Of a DNA stretch of 64,000 nucleotides, positions 27,330 to 35,708 are shown one piece after another. The translations under genes and the position numbers were made by a program. The stretch lies in the IMG/VR virus record IMGVR_UViG_3300023179_004149, positions 1 through 64,000 of that record; one strand, written 5' to 3'. The first letter of the stretch is position 1. Every line of letters begins with the position of its first letter. The notes beneath the pieces were generated by a model. It made no database searches and was not told the origin of the DNA. It saw nothing but the letters and a program-made list of their open reading frames with translations.

Positions 27330-27698
27330 AAGAATACAAAACTAATAAATTGTTTTGGTATAAACAAATATTGGTGAATAAATATGTTTGTGTCCAGCCA
27401 CATCTGAATAGCCGCACTTTCAGCGTAGTTTAATGGATCCAGTAACAGCCTTAACCCACTGGTTTCACAAACAAATAGAGTACCAACAGAGGGTTCCAAG
27501 ATCTTAACCCCAAAGTTATGTTGGTATTTCAACGGTTAATTACTCCGCTTACTTTAAGAGTTCGTGATTAGCTCACGCATTAAATTAAAAGGAATAGAGG
27601 CTGTTTGGTGCGCATTAGTGGTGTCTCTTCAAACTGTATAAGTCTGTCAACCAAACCTTAGACATTTCACCTATCTATCGCTTTTACGCATATTCCTA

Positions 27699-27773
27699 TG
27701 GAGCGGTGGGGAGAAATTGAATCTCCGTCCTTGCGTTGGAAGCGCAATATAATAGCCACTATACGACCACCGC
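27699..27773 (-). tRNA. tRNA-Gly(TCC)
   Basis: TTGCG-CTTCCAA-CGCAA; U73; encoded CCA. Confidence 0.88.
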
Positions 27774-28213
27774 ATTAAGTTCCTGGGCAACCATATGATA
27801 CAAGCGCTTGTACTGATTGGGAACGCCGTTACGTTATAACATCCTAAGATTTATAAGAGGCTTGACGGCCCACCTTATTTTTAATCCCCACGAACATACA
27901 TCCATTCACATAGATGACCCAGGATTTGAACCTGCAAAGTCCGTTTATGTATTCCTACCACACCTTCCGCTGGGACAGGGATAATTTTAAAAGTAAAGAA
28001 CTTTACCCATTCTTCATGAGCGGTTTGGCATAACCGCAGGGGAATCCTTAAACCATCCATTCATTTTTTAAAAGGGAATGGAACCTTTCAGGGTAACCCC
28101 TATCCTCACTACCATCCATTTTTAGGAAAATGGAAAACCAATATTCAACTCGATTGCGATAATACCAGGAATTGCCTCCATTATCAATATTAACCAATTC
28201 GAGTTTTTTATCT

Positions 28214-28564
28214 TTAACCCACAGAAATTTGTAAACGATAAAGCTGTGACTCATTTCTATCATTAAGAACACGTAATCTTACTACGAGTTCTTCAAGAAG
28301 ATTAATATAACTTATCATCTCCTTATTGTTATTATCAGCGTTATCTGGACGACTTTTATCAAGCAAATCAGGTTCATAACCAATTATACGATTAAGCTGA
28401 TTTTTAACAGAATAATGTAAATCATACCCGCGTTCTACTTCTTCCTGAAGTCTAGCAAGTAACCCATAAAGTGTTGGCATTTCATCTACCGCGTTTACCT
28501 TGTTACAAGGTAAGTGTGGTTCGTTCTTAGCGAATCCAGAATTTGTATGTGTTTTTGTATTCAT
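28214..28564 (-). CDS. Hypothetical protein
   Basis: 116 aa ORF. Confidence 0.55.
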   Translation of the reverse strand: MNTKTHTNSGFAKNEPHLPCNKVNAVDEMPTLYGLLARLQEEVERGYDLHYSVKNQLNRIIGYEPDLLDKSRPDNADNNNKEMISYINLLEELVVRLRVLNDRNESQLYRLQISVG

Positions 28565-28580
28565 ATTAATAAATTAATTG

Positions 28581-28651
28581 AGTAGATAATGAGAATCGAA
28601 CTCACCTCTCCGCCATGGCAAGGCGGTATAATACCGATATACTATATCTAC
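28581..28651 (-). tRNA. tRNA-Gly(GCC)
   Basis: CCGCC-TTGCCAT-GGCGG; U73. Confidence 0.85.
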
Positions 28652-28889
28652 AAATGAGGCGATTATTCGGTACGCCTCGATTCCCTATCCACCCATTTGC
28701 GGTGGCTCCAGCGGCATCTGTTTTTTTTAAACCTTTCTACTAATCGTTTGTCTATACGACCAGGTTCATTCAGACACGGTAGTGTCAACTCTGACGAGAA
28801 CGCCATGTGCAGCGTTAATAATTGATTGATTTTTCATTTTGCTCAACCAAGAAAACACGGTGACTTTTAGTGAGTTTCCCCTCTCATTG

Positions 28890-29010
28890 TTGGGCACGAG
28901 GGAATTGAACCCCCACCTCTCGCTTATGATGCAAATTGTCGTTAAATGTGCTGAATTAAATCCCTACGGATTGTCCGATGTTTAACGTGCTACCATTACA
29001 CTAATGCCCA
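28890..29010 (-). ncRNA. tRNA-like RNA with a large insertion carrying a CAGCA box
   Basis: TGGGCAT/GTGCCCA acceptor, D arm and T arm intact; insertion with AATCC-GTAG-GGATT hairpin then TTCAGCA; residual CAT loop. Confidence 0.7.
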
Positions 29011-29021
29011 ATATTTTTTCG

Positions 29022-29093
29022 AGGACACACTCAGAACCGACCTGAGAACTCATGCTTACAAGGCAAGTATTTTTCCAGCTAAACTATGCGTCC
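29022..29093 (-). tRNA. tRNA-Thr(TGT), atypical T loop
   Basis: CTTGC-CTTGTAA-GCATG; CTCAG-GTCGGTT-CTGAG. Confidence 0.7.
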
Positions 29094-29235
29094 AATTCAA
29101 CTTTTAAATTATCCCCAGAGTTGCAACTGTGCTGGAATACGATCCAGAGGTTTAGTGGCTGGTAACGTAATATACCTTAACCAGACTTTCCTATCTTCGA
29201 TCCATGATGGTCGACCATCAGAGGGCTTTTGTTAG

Positions 29236-29309
29236 TTGCGAAAGGAGGATTCGAACCTCCGACCTCACAGGTTATGAGCCTGGCGAGCTGGCCTCTGCTC
29301 TATTTCGCA
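29236..29309 (-). tRNA. tRNA-Met(CAT), initiator-like
   Basis: CCAGG-CTCATAA-CCTG; fMet-like D arm. Confidence 0.85.
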
Positions 29310-29338
29310 ATGTTTACCTTTAGGAACAAAAAGTTCCA

Positions 29339-29414
29339 TGGTTGCGGGTAATGGATTCGAACCATTGATCTCCTGGTTATGAGCCAGACGGGATGACCAC
29401 TTCCCTAACCCGCA
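29339..29414 (-). tRNA. tRNA-Met(CAT), initiator-like, second copy
   Basis: TCTGG-CTCATAA-CCAGG; encoded CCA. Confidence 0.87.
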
Positions 29415-29514
29415 ATGTATATCTTTTAACAAAAACTTTTTTGTATCAGTAAAGCTCATCGCTTTAATGTTAAAAATTAAGTTTACTGTTTGCATATATA
29501 ATATGCATCCGCTT

Positions 29515-29599
29515 TGGCGGTCTCGATGGGATTCGAACCCATGATCTTCGCCGTGACGCGTTACAGGGCGACAGGGACGACCAACTCCCCTACAAGACC
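29515..29599 (-). tRNA. tRNA-Asp-like gene with a 7-nt insertion in the anticodon loop
   Basis: TCGCC-CTGTAACGCGTCAC-GGCGA; G73; encoded CCA. Confidence 0.75.
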
Positions 29600-29737
29600 A
29601 TTTTAGTTAATACATAGAACTCTTGTTGGTATTTCTGTTATTTAACCAACTTACCCCAAGCTAACAGTTGCTATTGAGTTCCGCCAGAGGCTACGGCATA
29701 TGTATTAACCGTGAGTAGGGTACCAAGTTACTCACTT

Positions 29738-29813
29738 TGGTAGCGCTGGATGGATTCAAACCATCGGCCTTCCCTTTAGAAGAGGGACGCTCTTTTCACT
29801 GAGCTACAGCGCC
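29738..29813 (-). tRNA. tRNA-Arg(TCT)
   Basis: TCCCT-CTTCTAA-AGGGA; encoded CCA. Confidence 0.9.
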
Positions 29814-30045
29814 ATATGGTTATTTAATTCTAACCCTTTCAACCGATTCAATCTCAGCATCTCCTTTAATGAGTGCTTCGAGTGTACCTTTTCTGTAGGA
29901 TAAAGAATTGTTATTCATTATCTGGTAAGAATCGCAGATGATTGTATCTCCGTTCATCAATGTGATTTTGTATTTCATATCGTTTTTGTTTTTTACAAAG
30001 ATAAATCAAGTTTTTGAAACCACCAAATTTTTGTTTAAAAGTTTC

Positions 30046-30151
30046 AGGATGTTTTTTGTTTTTTGTTTTTATTTCAGACGGGGCTCGAACCCGTGACCCA
30101 AGGCTCTAACCAACTGAGCTACCAAAATGGATTAATTGCGGAACACATCCT
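30046..30151 (-). ncRNA. CAGCAA-box RNA variant (CCGCAA) enclosing tRNA D and T arms with no anticodon arm
   Basis: AGGATGT-GTTCCGCAA...GCTCAGTTGGTTAGAGC-CTTGGGTC-ACGGG-TTCGAGC-CCCGT...ACATCCT. Confidence 0.7.
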
Positions 30152-30167
30152 CCAAACTTTTAAATTG

Positions 30168-30238
30168 CGGTCTATCTCGGTTACGATCCGAGCACTTCTG
30201 TTAGACAGACAGATATGATACCAATTCACCAATAGACC
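30168..30238 (-). tRNA. tRNA-Asp(GTC)
   Basis: TCTGT-CTGTCTA-ACAGA; G73. Confidence 0.85.
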
Positions 30239-30253
30239 AAATACTTTAATAAG

Positions 30254-30378
30254 TCCCGACAAGAGGACTCGAACCTCTACCTTTTTCGTTTAAAGAAATT
30301 GTTTTTAGATAATGACTTGCTGTAACCATCCACTCTGGATGACTCTGTTTTTTAATGCTACCATTACACCATGTCGGA
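30254..30378 (-). ncRNA. tRNA-like RNA with a large insertion carrying a CAGCAA box
   Basis: TCCGACA/TGTCGGG acceptor, D arm and T arm intact; insertion CATCCA-GAG-TGGATG-GTTACAGCAA. Confidence 0.72.
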
Positions 30379-30479
30379 ATTTTTAAAATGAAAAACGAGT
30401 AATTGACTCTATGCCTCAAACGTCAATGTTCCGACCATTGTACCGTGTTCACCCATGAGTGGGTCGTTTTTCAAATTAG

Positions 30480-30550
30480 CGGGGCTGCCTGGGAACGATC
30501 CAAGTTCTGCAAGTTAACAGCTTGCTGCATCACCTTAATGCTTCAGCCCC
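30480..30550 (-). tRNA. tRNA-Asn(GTT)
   Basis: GCAAG-CTGTTAA-CTTGC; G73. Confidence 0.87.
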
Positions 30551-30581
30551 GTATTCACCAATATGTCAAAGATCACTTAAG

Positions 30582-30654
30582 TGGTGCCCCTCGGTTTCGA
30601 TCCGACCCCCCAAGATTTTCAGTCTTGTGCTTCCACCAGGTTAGCTTGGGCACC
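30582..30654 (-). tRNA. tRNA-Phe(GAA), divergent copy
   Basis: CAAGA-CTGAAAA-TCTTG. Confidence 0.82.
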
Positions 30655-30758
30655 ATAAAACCACTCTATTTGTACTGTTATACCATCATCTAAGCCAACC
30701 TCAGTGTGGATTTCATACATAACCTCTGTTCAGTGATTCATTTCTGAATTAGAGTGGT

Positions 30759-30834
30759 TGGTGGCACGGCCACGAGTTGAACGTGGGACACCCAGATTTT
30801 CAGTCTGGTGCTCTACCAACTGAGCTACCGCGCC
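30759..30834 (-). tRNA. tRNA-Phe(GAA)
   Basis: CCAGA-CTGAAAA-TCTGG; encoded CCA. Confidence 0.92.
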
Positions 30835-30849
30835 ATTTTATTTGTATTA

Positions 30850-30930
30850 CAATTCATCGGAATGGGTCTTTTAGCTTGAATCATTAAGAGTGAATTGCTT
30901 GTAGAGTTTGCTGTAATCATTCCCGAATTG
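30850..30930 (-). ncRNA. CAGCAA-box RNA
   Basis: CAATTCGGGAATG-ATTACAGCAA...CATTCCGATGAATTG; same terminal stem as 20173-20273. Confidence 0.6.
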
Positions 30931-31237
30931 TTTTACAAAAGTAAGAAGAGTTTTTCAATTTTCCAAATCTTTTTTGAGATTTTTTTATTTGTAAACTACT
31001 CCGTTTTTTTCTTCTTGTTTAAGAGCTTCAATCTCAGATACCAGGTAATTGAATTCTGTCTCTGACATTTGTTTTTTTTCTTTGGTTGATAAGCGACTGT
31101 ATTTATACTCAATCCCTTTCCAGTTTTCTTCAAGCATCTTTAGCAAAGCTAACCAGACATGCCAATTTAGTTTTTTCATTTGTTTCAGTGTTGTGTTTGC
31201 AAAAGTAAGAATTATTTTTGAAACCACCAAATTTATT

Positions 31238-32245
31238 TTAAATGAAACCAATTTCCTCAATATCTTTAGTCAATTGCAGAACTTTAGCTTTTTGTCCGTT
31301 TCTGTATTTATTCCATGCGGTCATTACCAGTAACACAATTTCTTTTTGAGAAAGGATATTACCCTTTTTCATATCTTTGTTATGTTTATTTAACGCCAAT
31401 CTTCTTCTAAGAGCGTATATTGGTGAGTCATCTTCTAAGTTAGAACCGCACGCTAACTTATTCATGAAGTAAACAGCATCCTCAGACGATATTTCGGCCA
31501 TTACATAATGTAATGCACTAAATAAAGCTGGCGGCATAAATTTACAAATTTTATAGTTACGAACACCATAAGTAGCCGCCTCTTGAAGTTTTTCGATGTC
31601 GTTAGAAACTTGCTCAGTTCCTTCTGTATTGGTCATTACTCGTTTTGATGATCCGATGTCCGAATACCTACCCTTTTTAAAACAATTCAAAAGTTTGGTC
31701 ATACCAATTACTGCGGTATGGTTTTTAAGACCTCTTAAAGATTCGTTAGTGTTACTTGCGATAATAATCGCATCACTTAACGTTCTCGTTTTACCCTGAT
31801 CCATTTTTGTGAAATCTTTATCTTCCACACCTTGAACAATCACAGTATCAAAATATTCAGCACCGCTTTGCAAAAAAGCATAAATTCTATTACGACCATC
31901 AACAAGTTTATAATCGAGACTGAATTTAAGGGCTTCACCAGTTAAACCCCAATCACCATTATTAAATGATGTAACATAGTTTTTTATCGATGTTTCGTAT
32001 AATCTCCTATTAACAAAACCAGTTCGTAACATTAGTTTAGCCATACTACGATCAACCCTTAAAACCCCAGTACGCAATTTTTGATCGACACCAGTGGTTG
32101 GTAATCCAGATATAAAACTAACTAAAGTTAGTTTTTCATCTGGGAGTAATTCCTCGTATATTTCTTCACCGAGTTTAGGTTTTTTTGCTTTCTTGTTTTT
32201 TGCTTCGACTTCCTGAATTGTTGCTTCTGTAAAATTACTTACCAT
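31238..32245 (-). CDS. ParB/Srx-like N-terminal domain protein
   Basis: NRRL......Y......G.W...GE...F.....LVDGRNRI.A. Confidence 0.6.
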   Translation of the reverse strand: MVSNFTEATIQEVEAKNKKAKKPKLGEEIYEELLPDEKLTLVSFISGLPTTGVDQKLRTGVLRVDRSMAKLMLRTGFVNRRLYETSIKNYVTSFNNGDWGLTGEALKFSLDYKLVDGRNRIYAFLQSGAEYFDTVIVQGVEDKDFTKMDQGKTRTLSDAIIIASNTNESLRGLKNHTAVIGMTKLLNCFKKGRYSDIGSSKRVMTNTEGTEQVSNDIEKLQEAATYGVRNYKICKFMPPALFSALHYVMAEISSEDAVYFMNKLACGSNLEDDSPIYALRRRLALNKHNKDMKKGNILSQKEIVLLVMTAWNKYRNGQKAKVLQLTKDIEEIGFI

Positions 32246-32303
32246 GGGATTATTTATTTTTTAACAAAAGTAAGAATTATTTTCGAAACCACCAAATATT
32301 TTA

Positions 32304-32335
32304 ATAAAAAAACCTGAACTTTTTGGGTTCAGGCT
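32304..32335 (-). terminator. Attenuator terminator 4
   Basis: GCCTGAAC/GTTCAGGT stem plus T7. Confidence 0.8.
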
Positions 32336-32366
32336 CTTTTTGATATTGTTATTTGGTATTGACAAC

Positions 32367-32441
32367 TTAACAAAGAAAGCCCTGGCCGAAATCTCTATTT
32401 CTGCCGAAGAATCTGTCCATCGTATTTATTATCTGTTTCAT
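32367..32441 (-). CDS. Leader peptide 4 (24 aa, MKQIINTMDRFFGRNRDFGQGFLC)
   Basis: Manual translation; N/T/M/D/R/F/G core; CAGGGCTTTCTTTG pairs with the terminator left arm. Confidence 0.75.
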   Translation of the reverse strand: MKQIINTMDRFFGRNRDFGQGFLC

Positions 32442-32558
32442 TGAATTTGTGTGATTTTATATAAATATACGCAATTTTTGAAAAAACCAAGTCTTTCTAA
32501 AAAATTTTTTATTTTGTACTGTTGAAAGATAGTATGTGGATAATCGTAAACAATAATC

Positions 32559-33041
32559 TTAACGAGCTTCACGGTCAGCCGCATACGTGCTGGCCCATGC
32601 GAATGGTTTACCAACCGCAGCGTAGCCTTTACTCATCGCATAACCAATACTAGAATCGTATAATTGGTTTGATACTTCTTCTGGTTTTGAGTTATAGTCG
32701 ACATGAATTGAGATGTTAATACCTAGATCTTTCAATTCATCAGCTACTTCAACTGAGTATTCAATTTCTTCCCACAATCTACGGCTGTTTGACCCATCTT
32801 GTAAAGCTCTTTTACCTTTAGATGTGGCTTTGTTGTCAATATTAATCTTTTTCGATATAACATGAGCTCCTTTACCTTGTTCATACAAACAAACGGTAAC
32901 AGCATATACTATGACAGCACCATGTACCTGAGAATCACAACCGATCCATATTTGGGTTTCAGACTTATCTACAAGCCATTTTTCCACATAATCCTTTAAG
33001 TCGTCAATTATTACACCTTGATGGGTTTTGAACTTTGCCAT
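32559..33041 (-). CDS. RNase H-like YkuK/DUF458 family protein
   Basis: IWIGCDSQ, G.GAH, RL.EE...S, IHVDYN, KP.AWAST.AAD. Confidence 0.8.
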   Translation of the reverse strand: MAKFKTHQGVIIDDLKDYVEKWLVDKSETQIWIGCDSQVHGAVIVYAVTVCLYEQGKGAHVISKKINIDNKATSKGKRALQDGSNSRRLWEEIEYSVEVADELKDLGINISIHVDYNSKPEEVSNQLYDSSIGYAMSKGYAAVGKPFAWASTYAADREAR

Positions 33042-33240
33042 ACAATTTTTTTGCAAAAGTAATTAATTAATGCGAGAAAACCAAATGTTTTTAATAATTT
33101 ATCTCCACATATTATTTTTATTTTTTATAAGATATTCACCATTAACAATTAATTCGGTTTTTTTATTTTGATATTTAAAACGTTCGATGGTTTCTAACGC
33201 TTTTAAATACTGCTTATTAGTTATTATTTTTGACATATAT

Positions 33241-34839
33241 TTACTCTATTTTAAATGTAGTAAAACCTATATTATTATTTACATCCCTGACGAAAGTAAT
33301 ATGTTGGGCGCGTCCATCATTATGAATGATAACGTGTGATTGTAACCAGGAGCTTGCACCTTTGTTATAACCCATTCTCAATTTTGTTGATGTTCCAACA
33401 GCTAAAGCACCATCTTTTCTACCTGGTGTGTGATAGTGACCGACAATAATCTTTGTATTCAATGTTCTAAACTGTTGTAATGAACCTTTTGAACCGTTAG
33501 TTCCCATATCGCCGTGCTGACCGAGTTCCCAGTTTTTAACCCTATACGATTCATCACGACCTAATGTTTTATATGCTGGATATTTTTGATTAATGATTTC
33601 AGGTATTACACCTTTAATATTTTCTGGGTCTTTCTCGTATTGTTCGAGTAACATGGCACTATAATTCATATATAGTTTTGAATTCTTACTAGTGGGTTGT
33701 TTTTTCCAGTCTTCATTTTTTAACCACCTATCTAGGAAATCATCGTGATTACTTCTAACAATCACAACGTTTTTAAATTTACTAAAAACAGCTAAACCAG
33801 CAATCATCGTATCTATTTCACGTTGAAGTGAATTCTGGTTGTGTACTTCTTTTGAATATTGTACAAACGGATCTTTCATCTCATGATGGTTGATTGAAAA
33901 CCCATCAAAGACATCATGTAATACGACGTGTTCTGGTTCTATCTTATCCAACAAATTAAGTGTTGTGTCGATCACATCCTGGTCGTGATTACCATAGTGT
34001 AAATCACCTAGCACAATAGCAGCAACAGAATCAATTTTTTTAACCACACCATCTTGAACGTTATAACAAAGATCCGTAAAAGAACCGTGTTTATCATCAG
34101 CCGTCACCTGGCGAACATAGAACGTTTCTTTATCTTTAATTTCAACGATGACGAAACCATATGTGTGATGGAATTCACCTTTTTTACCCGATTTCGAATC
34201 GGTATAATTCATTTTAGTTACCGCACCAGTGGTCAACATCATCTTTGGTTTATTACCTTTAAGTACGGGTATCATTTCCATTTGAACTTTCGGTGATCCA
34301 AATATTGATGAATTAATACCGCTCATACCTTGTAAACCAGACATTGGGTTTGTTGCTGTTGGTTGTATCTTAACGTCAGACATTATAGACAAATATTTGT
34401 GAATATTATGTCTTCCAGCATCCATATATTTTTCAACCTCTTCCACCCAATAATCCTGATCAGAATCTTCAAATACCGAGGTCGGATTTTTATATCTACC
34501 AAGCATTATATGAATATCAGCATCGATATGTTTAGCATAAGCTTCAATATTTTTATAAAATCCTGAGTGTACGGGTGTTGCGTTTTGGGCCCATGTGACA
34601 ATAAAACGAGATTTTGTTTTATCGTGTTCCCTTAATTTAGCCGCTTCATATTGTTCTGAAATGACTTCCATTTTTTCTTTAAAACCGAGTTTTTCGGAAC
34701 ACCATTTCCTTACTGTTCTTTCCGAACGACCAAAGAACGTCATCAGAGTTTTCATTCTCTCATCCCATGATAAATCTTTATTCCAATAGATCTCTTTGGC
34801 TTTGACTATTTGATCTTGTGTTAGCTCATTAAACTTCAT
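33241..34839 (-). CDS. Calcineurin-like metallophosphoesterase with an N-terminal HTH-like region
   Basis: LGDLHYG, LHDVFDG, SNHDD, QHGD, GHYHTP. Confidence 0.7.
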   Translation of the reverse strand: MKFNELTQDQIVKAKEIYWNKDLSWDERMKTLMTFFGRSERTVRKWCSEKLGFKEKMEVISEQYEAAKLREHDKTKSRFIVTWAQNATPVHSGFYKNIEAYAKHIDADIHIMLGRYKNPTSVFEDSDQDYWVEEVEKYMDAGRHNIHKYLSIMSDVKIQPTATNPMSGLQGMSGINSSIFGSPKVQMEMIPVLKGNKPKMMLTTGAVTKMNYTDSKSGKKGEFHHTYGFVIVEIKDKETFYVRQVTADDKHGSFTDLCYNVQDGVVKKIDSVAAIVLGDLHYGNHDQDVIDTTLNLLDKIEPEHVVLHDVFDGFSINHHEMKDPFVQYSKEVHNQNSLQREIDTMIAGLAVFSKFKNVVIVRSNHDDFLDRWLKNEDWKKQPTSKNSKLYMNYSAMLLEQYEKDPENIKGVIPEIINQKYPAYKTLGRDESYRVKNWELGQHGDMGTNGSKGSLQQFRTLNTKIIVGHYHTPGRKDGALAVGTSTKLRMGYNKGASSWLQSHVIIHNDGRAQHITFVRDVNNNIGFTTFKIE

Positions 34840-35228
34840 ATCAATTTGTTTGTTTTTTTAAATTCGTTTAGCGTTTCGATTGATTGGTCGAATGCATCAA
34901 TGGCCAATTGATGATCATCAATTTTCCCGTTTATGATAGCCAATTGTTCTTCAAAATCACGTATCATTAGATTACGATCTTCGATATTAGTCATGGTTTT
35001 TAAATGTTCTATAATAGGCTCTTTTGTCGATTTAATAAAATCGTTCTGCATACGCATTATATCCGCGCGGATCATCGACATAGTTGTGTGATTTACGTAT
35101 ACTTTTTGTTCCAAAAAACGTCTTTTTCTATCCAAATCTGTTTCTGGAACCAACTTAGAAACATCAACCATTCTTTTTTTTAATATCTCTAATAAGTATC
35201 TGGTGATTTCGTATAGTATCTTATTCAT
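34836..35228 (-). CDS. Hypothetical coiled-coil protein
   Basis: ORF overlapping the next start. Confidence 0.55.
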   Translation of the reverse strand: MNKILYEITRYLLEILKKRMVDVSKLVPETDLDRKRRFLEQKVYVNHTTMSMIRADIMRMQNDFIKSTKEPIIEHLKTMTNIEDRNLMIRDFEEQLAIINGKIDDHQLAIDAFDQSIETLNEFKKTNKLI

Positions 35229-35708
35229 ATACCACAATAGTAGTCAAATAATTTCATAGTGTCAAGATATGAAAAAACCCCAGGACAACCTGGGGTTTTA
35301 CTTTCAAATTTTCTTAACTTCATAGACCGATCCGTGAGTTGAATTCTTCTCAAAGATTAATCTCATTCTGTTAGCCTCATCCTCAGATGAGAACTCCATA
35401 ATTTCTGAGTGGTTATCTACTAAGATAACTGGGCGGATAATATCAACACCCTGGGCATCTTCGCCCATTTTGATTTGTTTTACGATAACGTACATATATT
35501 CTAATTTTTAAATTTTCTTAATACAACTGATATAACTTCAGATTCTTCTAATGAAAATACACCTTTTGCTTGAGCATACCTTAATGCCGAATGAATGGTC
35601 AATAACATGTCTTGTGATGATTTTTCATTCAACCTATTAATGTAGGTTTCATATTCATCAATATCATTATAAGCCAATATACCGAATAATACACCCAATG
35701 GTTGATTA

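Noticed and set aside
27905-27945. Additional tRNA near 27920
   Set aside because: Only a T-arm-like GCAGG-TTCAAAT-CCTG is present; no acceptor or D arm could be placed.
29265-30693. ORF-track entries 29265-29495 and 30403-30693
   Set aside because: They run across tRNA genes.
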